Notes under the pieces: generated by a model | The model's input: only the letters and a program-made list of their open reading frames with translations | The model's database searches: none | What the model was told of the DNA's origin: nothing | DNA from: Nemertoderma westbladi | Lineage: Eukaryota > Animalia > Xenacoelomorpha | DNA: 64,000 nucleotides | Reading direction: 5' to 3' | NCBI GenBank assembly: GCA_032718475.1 | Contig: JAUCBJ010004858.1 | Location: 1 to 64,000, forward strand | Translations under genes and position numbers: made by a program | Part shown: piece by piece, positions 27,601 to 42,600 of the stretch | Numbering within the stretch: position 1 is the first letter of the stretch | How the letters are laid out: every line of letters starts with the position of its first letter

Positions 27601-30600
27601 AGATACTGGAGATAATATCGCGATAACTAAGGATATAACTTACTAGTACTGGTGATCCTGGAGATAATATCGCGATAACTAAGGATATAACTTACTCGTA
27701 CTGGAGATAATATCGCGATAACTAAGGATATAACTTACTAGTACTGGAGATACTGGAGATAATATCGCGATAACTAAGGATATAACTTACTAGTTCTGGA
27801 GATAATATCGCGATAACTAAGGATATAACTTACTAGTACTGGAGTTGGAGATAATATCGCGATAACTAAGGATATAACTTACTAGTACTGGAGATAATAT
27901 CGCGATAACTAAGGATATAACTTACTAGTACTGGAGATAATATCGCGATAACTAAGGATATAACTTACTAGTACTGGAGATACTGGAGATAATATCGCGA
28001 TAACTAAGGATATAACTTACTAGTACTGGAGATACTGGAGATAATATCGCGATAACTAAGGATATAACTTACTAGTACTGGAGATACTGGAGATAATATC
28101 GCGATAACTAAGGATATAACTTACTAGTACTGGAGATACTGGAGATAATATCGCGATAACTAAGGATATAACTTACTAGTACTGGAGATACTGGAGATAA
28201 TATCGCGATAACTAAGGATATAACTTACTAGTACGGAGATACTGGAGATAATATCGCGATAACTAAGGATATAACTTACTAGTACTGGAGATACTGGAGA
28301 TAATATCGCGATAACTAAGGATATAACTTACTAGTACTGGAGATACTGGAGATAATATCGCGATAACTAAGGATATAACTTACTAGTACTGGAGATACTG
28401 GAGATAATATCGCGATAACTAAGGATATAACTTACTAGTACTGGAGATACTGGAGATAATATCGCGATAACTAAGGATATAACTTACTAGTACTGGAGAT
28501 ACTGGAGATAATATCGCGATAACTAAGGATATAACTTACTAGTACTGGAGATACTGGAGATAATATCGCGATAACTAAGGATATAACTTACTAGTACTGG
28601 AGATACTGGAGATAATATCGCGATAACTAAGGATATAACTTACTAGTACTGGAGATACTGGAGATAATATCGCGATAACTAAGGATATAACTTACTAGTA
28701 CTGGAGATACTGGAGATAATATCGCGATAACTAAGGATATAACTTACTAGTACTGGAGATACTGAAGATAATATCGCGATAACTAAGGATATAACTTACT
28801 AGTACTGGAGATACTGGAGATAATATCGCGATAACTAAGGATATAACTTACTAGTTCTGGAGATAATATCGCGATAACTAAGGATATAACTTACTAGTAC
28901 TGGAGATAATATCGCGATAACTAAGGATATAACTTACTAGTACTGGAGATACTAGAGATAATATCGCGATAACTAAGTACTGTATATAACTTACTAGTAC
29001 TTGAGATACTGGAGATAATATCGCGATAACTAAGGATAGAACGTACTAGTACTGGAGATACTGGAGATAATATCGCGATAACTAAGGATATAACTTACTA
29101 GTTCTGGAGATAATATCGCGATAACTAAGGATATAACTTACTAGTACTGGAGATACTGGAGATAATATCGCGATAACTAAGGATATAACTTACTCTTCGT
29201 CTGTCCCGGTTTTCCAGCAGTTTCCCCAGTCGTTCGGGTCGCCGTGAGCGACTCCTCCACAGACGTCATCGTTCGAAGGGTTCGCGTCGCAGTTACCGCA
29301 CATACCATCAACCTATAAATTTAGATGATATTGTATGGAGAACATTGTGTATAAAGTTTAATAAACTGGAGGTGAGGCATCGTAATTAAAGGGGGTGATT
29401 GGGAGTTGTGGCGACGCAATTTTGTCGACAATCCGGCATAGCACACTTAATAATATGTATATAGACCTATATCATGCATGCCGACAGTAATAATTGTTAA
29501 TGTGTTGATTATTTACTACAGTATATAATATACTTTTTTTGGAAATCTTTTATTCTTATCGAATAAAAGTCTTGGAAATATAAATATCACTTAATAATTG
29601 AAAGTTATTTATGACACTGCCGAACAGATTAGTTTCAAGGTCAAGGAACAATATGGCTGGCCAGCAGATATTATCTATGTAATATCTCACACTCTATTTA
29701 CACCGAAATGTTTCACATAGGAGAAGGTGAAGGTTATTCACCTCCCTGTGACAATACAGATACAGATAATTAAATAAATAAATAATTAATTTGATAAAAG
29801 CTTTTATTGAGTTTATTATCAGCAAGTGATGATTACCTTTCCAGCGAAGGTTGGTGGCAGCGCGACCATTGCGCTGTAACGTGTATCATACACCACCCAG
29901 AGTCCGAAATCTGTCTTAATCAAAACTCTCTGGTTGCAAAGTTCAATTGTGACTTTGTTCTCTAATGGCACATAAGGCATGTTCACAGCAACACCATCAA
30001 CCTAAAGGTAAAACAAAAATATCAGCAAGAAAATCAACAATAAATTCTGCGTTTGAACCTTGACAAGCTTACTTATGCCTACATGTCGCGTAAAATAAAC
30101 ACATTCATTCATTTTAAAATAAACAACCAGACTGAATTGAACTTACACTCAAATAGAGAAAATTTAAATTAACATAAATCTATCGCAAATTTCTCGTACA
30201 AACATATTAAACGATTAAGAGATAAAATTATTATCGCGCAAACTTACAAATATATCTCCTCCGAAATAAACTTCTATATGGAAGCCGTAGACCTTAACAT
30301 CGACCAGTGCAACGGAGGTACTCATGTGAAGCTCCTCCCAGTTGTGTTCCCTATTCTTAACATTGACCTCGAACGACGGGATATCGTTGGCGGTATTCTT
30401 CGTCCACAGATACTGGCAGCTGCCTTGGAAACTAACCCGACGACCATCGAAGCTCTCATAATGTGGATCGCCGCTGCCCCAACAAATACAATAACCTGAA
30501 ATAACGAGCAAAAATAATATACGTTAATATAGTTTCTTAACCATCAAACAGAAACACTGGTGTTGCCCTAGGAACGGGTGTTCACATACAGACCATGACC

Positions 30601-33600
30601 CGTAATATAGTGTCATTTTCTGATGACACAGATCTACAAAGCTTTACCATATTGCTTGAAATTTGGAACACAACTAGTGTAAACTCACAGTCAAATTCCA
30701 CACGAAGCTCGAATTGTTAATTCCGCCTTTACATTTTTTATAGGCGTGCAAAGTCGCACCCTTCGTATCGTGGCCATTCTTCCCATTATTAGTCAAGAAT
30801 TAGTCGTATGATTTATAATATCATTATAAAGCTTTAAATACAAGGTTTCCACAAATGTAACAATGTATAGGCGTTCAAAGATTGCAAGAATAATCGTACG
30901 CTGGAGGATTTATTATATTTAATAAATACACAACATTCTATAGTAATGTGTACAATAAAATAATTGTAACATTCATACCGAGAAGCATATATAATTACAA
31001 ACCTGGAGGTGGGTTGTCACAAACACTGGCTCTGTCTCGTCTGGGGCAACAATATTTAACTTCGTAGTTGTAACAAAGCCCATCCGGCTGGGCCAGATTC
31101 ACACATTCGAACCCGGGAATCGCAGTCGCGCTCGAGAATATCTCGCCCGTAGCGGTTGCTGGTTGTTTGCCCTGCGGTGTTGGAGGGCAGTTAGTTAGTT
31201 ATAGGTATGGGAACATTGGCAAAGTAAGGCGGGAGGATTAATAAGGCAGACGTTATTATCAACCTTATATCCAGCACACAGCACACAATACAAATTCCAC
31301 ACTCTTATTATATTTGGGAAGCAAATTGAAAAGCAATTACTTATGGGAAACCATGGAATGTTATGACGTATATTTTGGTAAAGATTGAATTATCGAATCG
31401 ATGTGTGGTGCAAGATTGTTGGCTCACCTGTTTGGTTCTAGCCTACCAGGTTATCGGCTTACCACTTTGGTTCTAGCCTACCAGGTCATTGGTCTACTTC
31501 TTTGGTTCTAGCCTACCAGGTCATTGGTCTACTTCTTTGGTTCTAGCCTACCAAGTCATTGGCCTACCTCTTTGGTTCTAGCCTACCAGGTTATTGGCCT
31601 ACCTCTTTGGTTCTAGCCTACCAGGTTATTGGCCTGCCTCTTGGGTTATAGCCTACCAGGTTATTGGCCTACCTCTTTGGTTCTAGCCTACCAAGTCATT
31701 GGCCTACCTCTTTGGTTCTAGCCTACCAGGTTATTGGCCTACCTCTTTGGTTCTAGCCTACCAGGTTATTGGCCTGCCTCTTGGGTTATAGCCTACCAGG
31801 TTATTGGCCTACCTCTTTGGTTCTAGCATACCAGGTCAATGGTCTACCTCTTTGGTTCTAGCCTACCAAGTCATTGGCCTACCTCTTTGGTTCTAGCATA
31901 CCAGGTCAATGGTCTACCTCTTTGGTTCTAGCCTACCAAGTCATTGGCCTACCTCTTTGGTTCTAGCCTACCAGGTTATTGGCCTACCTCTTTGGTTCTA
32001 GCCTACCAGGTTATTGGCCTGCCTCTTGGGTTATAGCCTACCAGGTTATTGGCCTACCTCGTTGGTTCTAGCCTACCAGGTTATTGGCCTAACTCTTTGG
32101 TTTTAGCCTACCAGGTTATTGGCCTACCACTTTGGTTCAACCTACCAGGTTATTGGCCTACATCTTTGGTTCTAGCCTACCAGGTTATTGGCCTACCTCT
32201 TTGGTTCTAGCCTACCAGGTTATTGGCCTACCTCTTTGGCTCTAGCCTACCAGGTTATTGGCCTACCTCTTTGGTTCTAGCCTACCAGGTTATTGGCCTA
32301 ACTCTTTGGTTTTAGCCTACCAGGTTATTGGCCTACCACTTTGGTTCAACCTACCAGGTTATTGGCCTACATCTTTTGTTCTAGCCTACCAGGTTATTGG
32401 CCTACCTCTTTGGTTCTAGCCTACCAGGTTATTGGCCTACCTCTTTGGTTCTAGCCTACCAGATTATTGGCCTACATCTTTGGTTCTAGCCTACCAGGTC
32501 ATTGGCCTACCTCTTTGGTTCTAGCCTACCATGTTATCGGCCTACCTCTTTGGTTCTAGCCTACCAGGTAATTGGCCTACCTCTTTGGTTCCAGCCTACC
32601 AGGTTATTGGCCTACCTCTTTTGTTTTTGCCTACCAGGTTATTGGCCTACCTCTTTGGTTCTAGCCTACCATGTTATCGGCCTACCTCTTTGGTTCTAGC
32701 CTACCATGTTATCGGCCTACCTCTTTGGTTCTAGCCTACCAGGTTATTGGCCTACCTCTTTGGTTCCAGCCTACCAGGTTATTGGCCTACCTCTTTTGTT
32801 TTTGCCTACCAGGTTATTGGCCTACCTCTTTGGTTCTAGCCTACCATGTTATCGGCCTACCTCTTTGGTTCTAGCCTACCAGGTTATTGGCCTACCTCTT
32901 TGGTTCCAGCCTACCAGGTCATTGGCCTACCTCTTTGGTTCTAGCCTACCATGTTATCGGCCTACCTCTTTGGTTCTAGCCTACCAGGTTATTGGCCTAC
33001 CTCTTTGGTTCCAGCCTACCAGGTTATTGGCCTACCTCTTTTGTTTTTGCCTACCAGGTTATTGGCCTACCTCTTTGGTTCTAGCCTACCAGGTTATGGG
33101 CCTACCTCTTTGGTTCCAGCATACCAGATTATTGGCCTACCTCTTTTGTTCTAGCCTACCCAGTTATTGGCCTACCTCTTTTGTTCTAGCCTACCCTGTT
33201 ATTGGCCTACCTCTTTGGTTCTAGCCTACCAGATTATTGGCCTACCTCTTTTGTTCTAGCCTACCCTGTTATTGGCCTACCTCTTTGGTTCTAGCCTACC
33301 AGATTATTGGCCTACCTTTTGGTTCTAGCGTACCAGGTTATTGGCCTACCTCTTTGGTTCTAGCCTACCATGTTATCGGCCTACCTATTTGGTTCTAGCC
33401 TACCAGGTTATTGGCCTACCTCTTCGGTTCTAGCCTACCAGGTTATGGGCCTACCTCTTTGGTTCTAGCCTACCATGTTATTGGCCTACCTCTTTGGTTC
33501 TAGCCTACCAGATTATTGGCCTGCCTCTTGGGTTCTAGCCTACCAGGTTATTGGCCTACCTCTTTGGATTTAGCCTACCAGGTTATTGGCCTACCTCTTG

Positions 33601-36600
33601 GTTCTAACCTACCAGGTTATTGGCCTACCTCTTTGGTTCTCGCCTACCATGTTATTGGCCTACCTCTTTGGTTCTAGTCTACCATATTATTGGCCTACCT
33701 CTTTGGTTCTAGCCTACAAGGTTTATGGCCCGCCTCTTTGGTTCTAGCCTACCAGGTTATTGGCCTACCTCTTTGGCTCTAGCCTACCAGATTATTGGCC
33801 TACCTGTTTGGTTCTAGCCTACCAGGTTATTGGCCTACCTCTTTGGTTCTAACCTACCAGGTTATTGGCCTACCTCTTTGGTTTTAGCCTACCAGGTTAT
33901 TGGCCTACCTCTTTGGTTCTAGCCTACCAGATTATTGGCCTACCTCTTTGGTTCTAGCCTACCCTGTTATTGGCCTACCTTTGGATTCTAGCCTACCAGA
34001 TTATTGGCCTACCTCTTTGGTTCTAGCGTACCAGGTTATTGGCCTACCTCTTTGGTTCTAGCCTACCATGTTATCGGCCTACCACTTTGGTTCTAGCCTA
34101 CCAGGTTATTGGCCTACCTCTTTGGTTCTAGCCTACCAGGTAATTGGCCTACCTCTTTGGTTCTAGCCTACCATGTTATCGGCCTACCACTTTGGTTCTA
34201 GCCTACCAGGTTATTGGCCTACCTCTTTGGTTCTAGCCTACCAGGTTATTGGCCTACCTCTTTGGTTCTAGCCTACCATGTTATCGGCCTACCACTTTGG
34301 TTCTAGCCTACCAGGTTATTGGCCTACCTCTTTGGTTCTAGCCTACCAGATTATTGGCCTACCTCTTTGGTTCTAGCCTACTAGGTTATTGGCCTATCTC
34401 TTTGGTTCTAGCCTACCAGGTTATGGGCCTACCTCTTTGGTTCTAGCCTACCATGTTATTGGCCTACCTCTTTGGTTCTAGCCTACAAGATTATTGGCCT
34501 ACCTCTTTGGTTCTAGCCTACCAGGTTATAGGTCTACCTCTTTGGTTCTAGCCTACCAAGTCATTGGCCTACCTCTTTGGTTCTAGCCTACCAAGTCATT
34601 GGCCTACCTCTTTGGTTCTAGCCTACCAGATTATTGGCCTACCTCTTTGGTTCTCGCCTACCAGGTTATTGGCCTACCTCTTTGGTTCTAGCCTACCAGG
34701 TTATTGGCGTACCTCTTTGGTTCTAGCATTCCAGATTATTGGTCTACCTCTTTGGTTCTAGCCTACCAGGTTATTGGCCTACCTCTGGTTCTAGCCTACC
34801 ATGTTATTGGCCTACCTCTTTGGTTCTAACCTACCAGATTATTGGCCTACCTCTTTGGTTCTAGCGTACCAGGTTATTGGCCTACCTCTTTCGTTCTAGC
34901 CTACCAGGTTATTGGCCTATCTCTTTGGTTCTAGCCTACCGGGTTATTGGCCTACCTCTTTGGTTCTAGCCTACCAGGTTATAGGCCTACCTCTTTGGTT
35001 CTAGCATACCAGATTATTGGTCTACCTCTTTGTTTCTAGCCTACTAGCTCTAAGTTATTGGCCTACCTCTTTGATTCTAGCCTACCAGGTTATTGGCCTA
35101 CCTCTTTGGTTCTAGCCTACCAGGTTATTGGCCTACCTCTTTGGTTCTAGCCTACCAGGTTATTGGCCTACCTCTTTGGTTCTAGCCTACCAGGTTATTG
35201 GCCTACCTCTTTGGTTCTAGCCTACCAGGTTATTGGCCTACCTCTTTGGTTCTAGCCTACCAGGTTATTGGCCTACCTCTTTGGTTCTAGCCTACCAGGT
35301 TATTGGCCTACCTCTTTGGTTCTAGCGTACAACGCGGTCGGGTCTGTGCAGAGGTTCGGGTGAACGGAAGAAATGGCGGCGAGAGTTTCATCGTCTCCTA
35401 GGCCTCCCTCATCGTCTACATCGTAAAAGTTTGTCCACGACCCTTCGCAATCCGGTTCTGGAGCTGCATTAGAGATTATAGAAGGAAGGTCTATTAGTAT
35501 GAGAAATATCGAATTTTAGGAGTGAAATTAGAAAATTATTTATTTTTGAACGGTGTTTTTAAATATGAAATAATAATTAAAAAGTAATGTGGGGTGTGTA
35601 GAATAGGAATTAAATATAATCGTTATATTCCGAGAAGAATGAGCTAAATTGCATGCATAAGCAAAGACTAAAGTGATGATGAACAAATGATTTGGTGTAT
35701 GCAAATCCTCGATCAGCTGACAGCAGAACGACTGGTTTCACACCGCATGATATTCAACCTAATGTATGGTTGAATGAAATAATAGAATCTAGAGAGAGTA
35801 TGTGCTTTGAAGTGGGGTCAAATCACGGGAAGCAGGACAATTCGGTCCCGGACAATTCGGTCCCGGACAATTCCGTCCCGTACAATTCGGTCCCGGACAA
35901 TTCGGTCCCGGACAATTCGTTCCCGGACAATTCGGTCCCATTAATTTTGTGTTTTGGGACCGAATTGTCCGGATACTGACTAGGACAATTCGGTCCCAAA
36001 ACATGCATATTAATGGGACCGAATTGGGCCCATGTGAAGAATACCAGACTTTCTGCCGTTATATTTCACTTTGCGGTTACCCCCATGTGAAGAATACCAG
36101 GTTTTCACCAAAAACACAGGTAACAGAAGGGCTTAATCTAACCAAAACAATAAACGAATTAGTATATGTACAGGTTATACGAACGAAATAAGCGCTATAA
36201 AACACTTAAAAAAAACACTAGCTACCATATAATAATATATATTAAGGTTCTAGAACATTCACCATTATATTGTACCAATTAAATTCGGTCCCGGACAATT
36301 CGGTCCCGGACAATTCGGTCCCGGACAATTGGGTCCCATTTATTTAGTGTTTTTGGACCGAATTGTCCGGGACCGAATAGTCCGGGACCGAATTGTCCGG
36401 ACCGAATTCTTCGGTACCGAATTGTCCCGGACCGAATTGTCCTACATCCAAATCACGTAAGGGCCTTATTTCAATAAAGGGCTTCACAATTAATTATTTT
36501 TTTAGATTATTTATAATAATTTTATTTATCATTAGGGCATATATCAACCGATAGTAAAATATACAATAGCACAAGAATGTTAAAAACTGTAAAATATGTA

Positions 36601-39600
36601 TTTAATTATGAAACAAGGCAACTCTTATGTTAAAATGATGAGAAGATATTGTATTTGGAGAACTGGAGAGACACAAAACTAGATACAATTATTATTTTAT
36701 TTTAATTATTTCTAGGTAACTGTAGACTAATATGATTTGATATATATGTATATATCACAATAACAATTGATAATAAATAACCAACCACATATAATGAATA
36801 AATAATGAATGACTATGTACTTGTATGCTAACTCTTATGTTAAAAAAATTGTATAAATATAAAAATGGTTCGTTAAAAGTTCAGCAACGGGAGTTAGCCT
36901 TGCACCTCGCAGTTTGAGTTGGCTAATATTATGGAGGTGTCGGCAACTGGATGATCACAATTAATTAGTTAACTAATTTTAAAATTAATCAAGCTACTCT
37001 AAAAGTATTAGAATCAAATACTATTAATTAATTTTTAATTTTAATATTAAACTCACGTTGAGGACAGCAGTATCGAACTCTATAATCGAAACAGCTTACT
37101 CCGGCGGGCTGCAATGCATTCAAACAAACCAAGCCCGCACTGGGATCGTAAGCGGCAAATACTTGGCCCGTGTTGGCTGCAGGATTGTTGGTTGTCTTCT
37201 CGCGGGCGTCAATTGCTCTGAAAATAATTAAAACGTAAATAGTATAAGTCTTCATGTAATAAAGATAAATAAATATAAATAGTAACTATTATCATAACAA
37301 TTTTTTAGGTAACAATTAATTTATGCATAAATTAATATCAACCTATCAACCTACAGGAAAAAAGACAATATCATAAGAATGTTAAAAAAAAAACTGTAAA
37401 ACACGTATTTTTTAATTATGTTGCTGTTTTTTTTAATTAAATTAGAGTTTCTTCATTAAAATAGTAAAATAGGAAAAAACTCCCATAGACAGGAAATCCT
37501 GGAAAGAAAGTAGCGTGGGTAATAGTAGCTGGGTGCAGCTGCTATAGAGGATCGGGCAAAAAATAAGGATTAGAAATATGAAGGAATAAAAATATGGATT
37601 GGAACCCAGCAGACTCTGCAGCAGACGCGAAGCGCTGCCTGCTGTCTGTCCTCATCGCTGCCGGAATATCAAACGGACGCCAAGGTCTAACCGACGCATC
37701 TCACCTGCCAGCCCGAGAATAAAAACAACTAAGTTTGAATTTCTCGCGGAAAATTCGAGTAAACTAAAACAACTAAACTAAAGTTAGCTACAAATTTACT
37801 GCTTATCGCATTGCCATTACACACTTACTCTGGATTGTTACACATAAACACGTTGGCAGGGATGGAAACAAGTAGACTAGCTAATGACTCATCCTCGCCA
37901 ATGTTATCCGGTTGACCGACATCAAAGTATCCTGTCCAGGATCCACGACTGCACTCAACAATCGGATCTGAAAATAAAAAAAATACAACCTCTTTACATT
38001 TTATAGTTTGTCACTCATGGCGGTTTCCGTATGTAGTTCTCGTATGGCTTGTATCGCATGTACACTGCCCGGCTGCATGAGCCCGGCTAGGTAATACCCG
38101 ATTATCTTCTGTTTGTGAAAGTATTTATGCAGACAAACATTAAAAAAAGTAATTATGTGCCACTTAGTGGAGTGCCGTAGCGAAAAAATCATTACCAATG
38201 TGCCAATAGTTAGTTACCTTGTTGCTATGTCAAAAATCAATTTTGCTATAAGGAAAGAAACATTGAAAGTGATAATAATTTCTGATTTTTTTGAGCATGG
38301 GAATTTTGTAATCTTGGTACTTACAAAAAAATTTGGTACATTTGCCACAATTTCAGCTTTTTTACGTCGATAAGCCATTCCACTATCTTGGTAGCGCCAC
38401 AAATTTGCAGGCTAGTTATTAGAAATAATTATATTTATTCCAAAATTGTAACATTACTCAACGCCGTTAGTATTAACAGCGAGTTGTTATTTAGCACTTT
38501 ACAACTTTAGAGGACTTTACAGCATTGTATTGGCCTGTACATTTAGTATTGTATTTGGTGTTATTGTTTACGTGGTAACCCATGACGGCGTTAAGTAATG
38601 TCCCCCTAGTGGACATTACTTAACGCCGTCATGGTTACCACGTAAACAATAGGTGGTAATTTGCCTGACAGCCAGATAGGCCTACTGCATTACCTACCGG
38701 TAGGCGGGGTATAGGCTATTAATGACCAGTAGGGCCTAGCTATATTATTATTACATGGCTCCAAACGCCACCAGAAATATAAGCTAACTTATTTATAACA
38801 TAATTTATGTCATTTTTACATTTATTTATACGCAACTAATATAATTTGTGCAGTTTCTATCACTTATAATGTATATGTACAATCATTTCGTACTGTTAAA
38901 ATTTTGGAATAAAACTACATACATACTTGTTGCAAAGTACTTTACAGTGTTCTGATCCTCGTGGATTTATTTTCACTCACTCACTAACGTTCGTTCGTGT
39001 AACAAAGCCACTCGGATCATCACACTGTAAAGTGCTACTTTACACACAAGTATGTAAATAGTTATTGCTACACATTGTAGACAATAAACAATATTGATAA
39101 CTGTTCAATTTTATGATTACAGATCACAATAATAAGTTCAAAAAACTACCAATAATTATAGCCATGACAACCAACATATTCCCTAACCGTTCTGGGGGCA
39201 ACAGAAGCGGACTTCGTAATCGTTGCAATCCTCTCCGTCGGGTTGGTCGGCGTTCCGGCAGGCTATCCCGTTCCGATCGAAGTGGAAGAGAACGTCGTCC
39301 GTGTGGAAGGGGTGGTAGTGGGCGTTGGTTGTACGAGCTTCCGAGAACACCGGAGTCAGACAATCGTGGTTCTCGAACCCTAGAAATATGTGACTTTCGT
39401 TAGCATTATAATTCCAACATTAATGTAATAAATTATTCAAATAGAAAACTTCAATTTAAATATTAAATATGTTAAAAATACACGATTACAACCTTGCCGT
39501 ATTTGATATTAGTCTATTTTAGAATATAATAATTATTGTTGATTGTTATTAATATTCAAATTAATATATTTTAATATCTACTTATACAGTCTACAGCTGT

Positions 39601-42600
39601 GTGACTATCTACTAACTTACGGCTGTGACTATCTACTAACTTACATAGTCTACTGCTATGACTATCTACTAACTTACATAGTTTACGGATGTGACTATCT
39701 ACTAACTTACATAGTCTACGCCTGTGACTATCTACTAACTTACATAGTCTACGGCTGTGACTATCTACTAACTTACATAGTCTACGACTGTGACTATCTA
39801 CTAACTTACATAGTCTACGGCTGTGACTATCTACTAACTTACATAGTCTACGACTGTGACTATCTACTAACTTACGGCTGTGACTATCTACCAACTTACA
39901 TAGTCTACGGCTGTGACTATCTACTAACTTACATAGTCTATGGCTGTGACTATCTACTAACTTACATAGTCTACGGCTGTGACTATCTACCAACTTGCGG
40001 CTGTGACTATCTACCAACTTACATAATCTACGGCTGTGACTATCTACTAACTTATGTAGTCTACGGCTGTGACTATCTACTAACTTACATAGTCTACGCC
40101 TGTGACTATCTACTAACTTACATAGTCTACGACTGTGACTATCTACTAACTTACATAGTCTACGGCTGTGACTATCTACTAACTTACATAGTCTACGGCT
40201 GCGACTATCTACTAACTTACATAGTCTACAGCTGTGACTATCTACTAACTTACATAGTCTACGGCTGTGACTATCTACTAACTTACATAGTCTACGGCTG
40301 TGACTATCTACTAACTTACGGCTGTGACTATCTACTAACTTACATAGTCTACGACTGTGACTATCTACTAACTTACGGCTGTGACTATCTACTAACTTAT
40401 GTAGTCTACGGCTGTGACTATCTACTAACTTACATAGTCTACGACTGTGACTATCTACTAACTTACGGTTGTGACTATCTACCAACTTACATAGTCTACG
40501 GCTGTGACTATCTACTAACTTACATAGTCTACGGCTGTGACTATCTACTAACTTATATAGTCTACGGCTGTGACTATCTACTAACTTACATAGTCTACGG
40601 CTGTTACTATCTACTAACTTACGGCTGTGACTATCTACCAACTTACATAATCTACGGCTGTGACTATCTACTAACTTATATAGTCTACGGCTGTGACTAT
40701 CTACTAACTTACATAGTCTACGGCTGTGACTATCTACCAACTTACGGCTGTGACTATCTACCAACTTACATAATCTACGGCTGTGACTATCTACTAACTT
40801 ATATAGTCTACGGCTGTGACTATCTACTAACTTACATAGTCTACCGCTGTGACTATCAACTAACTTACATAGTCTACGGCTGTGACTATCTACCAACTTA
40901 CATAATCTACGGCTGTGACTATCTACTAACTTACATAGTCTACGGCTGTTACTATCTACTAACTTACGGCTGTGACTATCTACCAACTTACATAGTCTAC
41001 GGCTGTGACTATCTACCAACTTACATAGTCTACGGCTGTGATTATCTACCAACTTACATAGTCTACGGCTGTGACTATCTACCAACTTACATAGTCTACG
41101 GCTGTGACTATCTACCAACTTACATAGTCTACGGCTGTGACTATCTACCAACTTACATAGTCTACGGCTGTGACTATCTACCAACTTACATAGTCTACGG
41201 CTGTGACTATCTACCAACTTACATAGTCTACGGCTGTGACTATCTACTAACTTACATAGTCTACGGCTGTGACTATCTACTAACTTACATAGTCTACGGC
41301 TGTGACTATCTACCAACTTACATAGTCTACGGCTGTGACTATCTACCAACTTACATAGTCTACGGCTGTGACTATCTACTAACTTACATAGTCTACGGCT
41401 GTGACTATCTACCAACTTACATAGTCTACGGCTGTGACTATCTACCAACTTACATAGTCTACGGCTGTGACTATCCTCCAATATACTGGCGAGGAGTTCC
41501 CAGTCTCCTGTTCCAGTCGCGTCGTCCCGATCGATCCATGAACTGAAAGCTCCAGCGCAATCTCTCGATGCTGAGAAAATGTGTAAAAATAATAATAATT
41601 TATTTATTAAGAGTGCAATACAGAGCAATGTCGAGTGCGCGTTACAAGCGGAGATTTTAATTAACAGTTAAGGTAGGGCGGGTTGACCTCAGTTTGACCT
41701 CAGTGAATTATTAATCGTTTATCACATTTTAAATTTCCAGAAGGGAATGTCAATAACTTTACTTGTACCGGTGCGACGGTGATCCCGTCACACGAACGTT
41801 TTAACATCCAAAATATACCCTCTATAGAGTCAGACTATTATACCCTGCTCCATAAAATGTCAAAAAGTCACGAGATAACAAATAAGAATCGCATCTAAAA
41901 TAAAACTCACGTGGAGTTGGTTGGGTTGGGTCGCCGTCGGAACAGAATACATTGACAGCCGAATTACCACCGCACCATTGATTCGCGTTGCCAAAGCAAT
42001 GAATGTCGCACATCTCCTCAGCCTCCATTTCGGGTGGCATATGGTAGGAGCAGCCGCACTAAAATAAAAAGAGTAAATAAAAATTACGAATTTTGCTATG
42101 CTCCAGTAGTTAGCAATAAATTGGCGAATGATGTTGGCCTTAGACGTAGTCGTACTAAATTAAATAGTCTAGACACTGCCTCATCATCACTTGGAAACTT
42201 ACCGGCACCACGTCTGACTTACTGGGGTAAAGTATCTTACTAAGTTGAAAGAGCAATCAGCAGCAGCTCTCATCAATAATAAGTTCAAGTAAAGTAAATA
42301 GTTACTAGAAGCAGTTACTCTTACGATGCTCAATTAAGCGTAAAATCGCTATGGTTACGGCAAAAATGTCGAATTTATCGCAACCTCGACAATGTAGGAA
42401 GTATCTTACCTTATTTCCTTGTCCCAGAATGGTAAAGGGAAGCATAAACATAGCGCACATCGTCTGGCAATAATTCACAGTCATTACGGCGGATATGTCT
42501 GTAGCGACAAACATAGCTATCGCATCGGAATAGCGTGGGGAAAAACATCCCTTGAAGCAGTAATCAACTGAAAAATTCAATACAAAGGAATACCGCGTAT

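Noticed and set aside
32502-34761. Short plus-strand ORFs in the 35-bp array
   Set aside because: Repeat-derived and antisense to the host gene.
39543-41546. 667-aa plus-strand ORF (YGCDYLLTYIV repeats)
   Set aside because: Antisense reading of the 33-bp array, open only because the unit is a stop-free multiple of 3.
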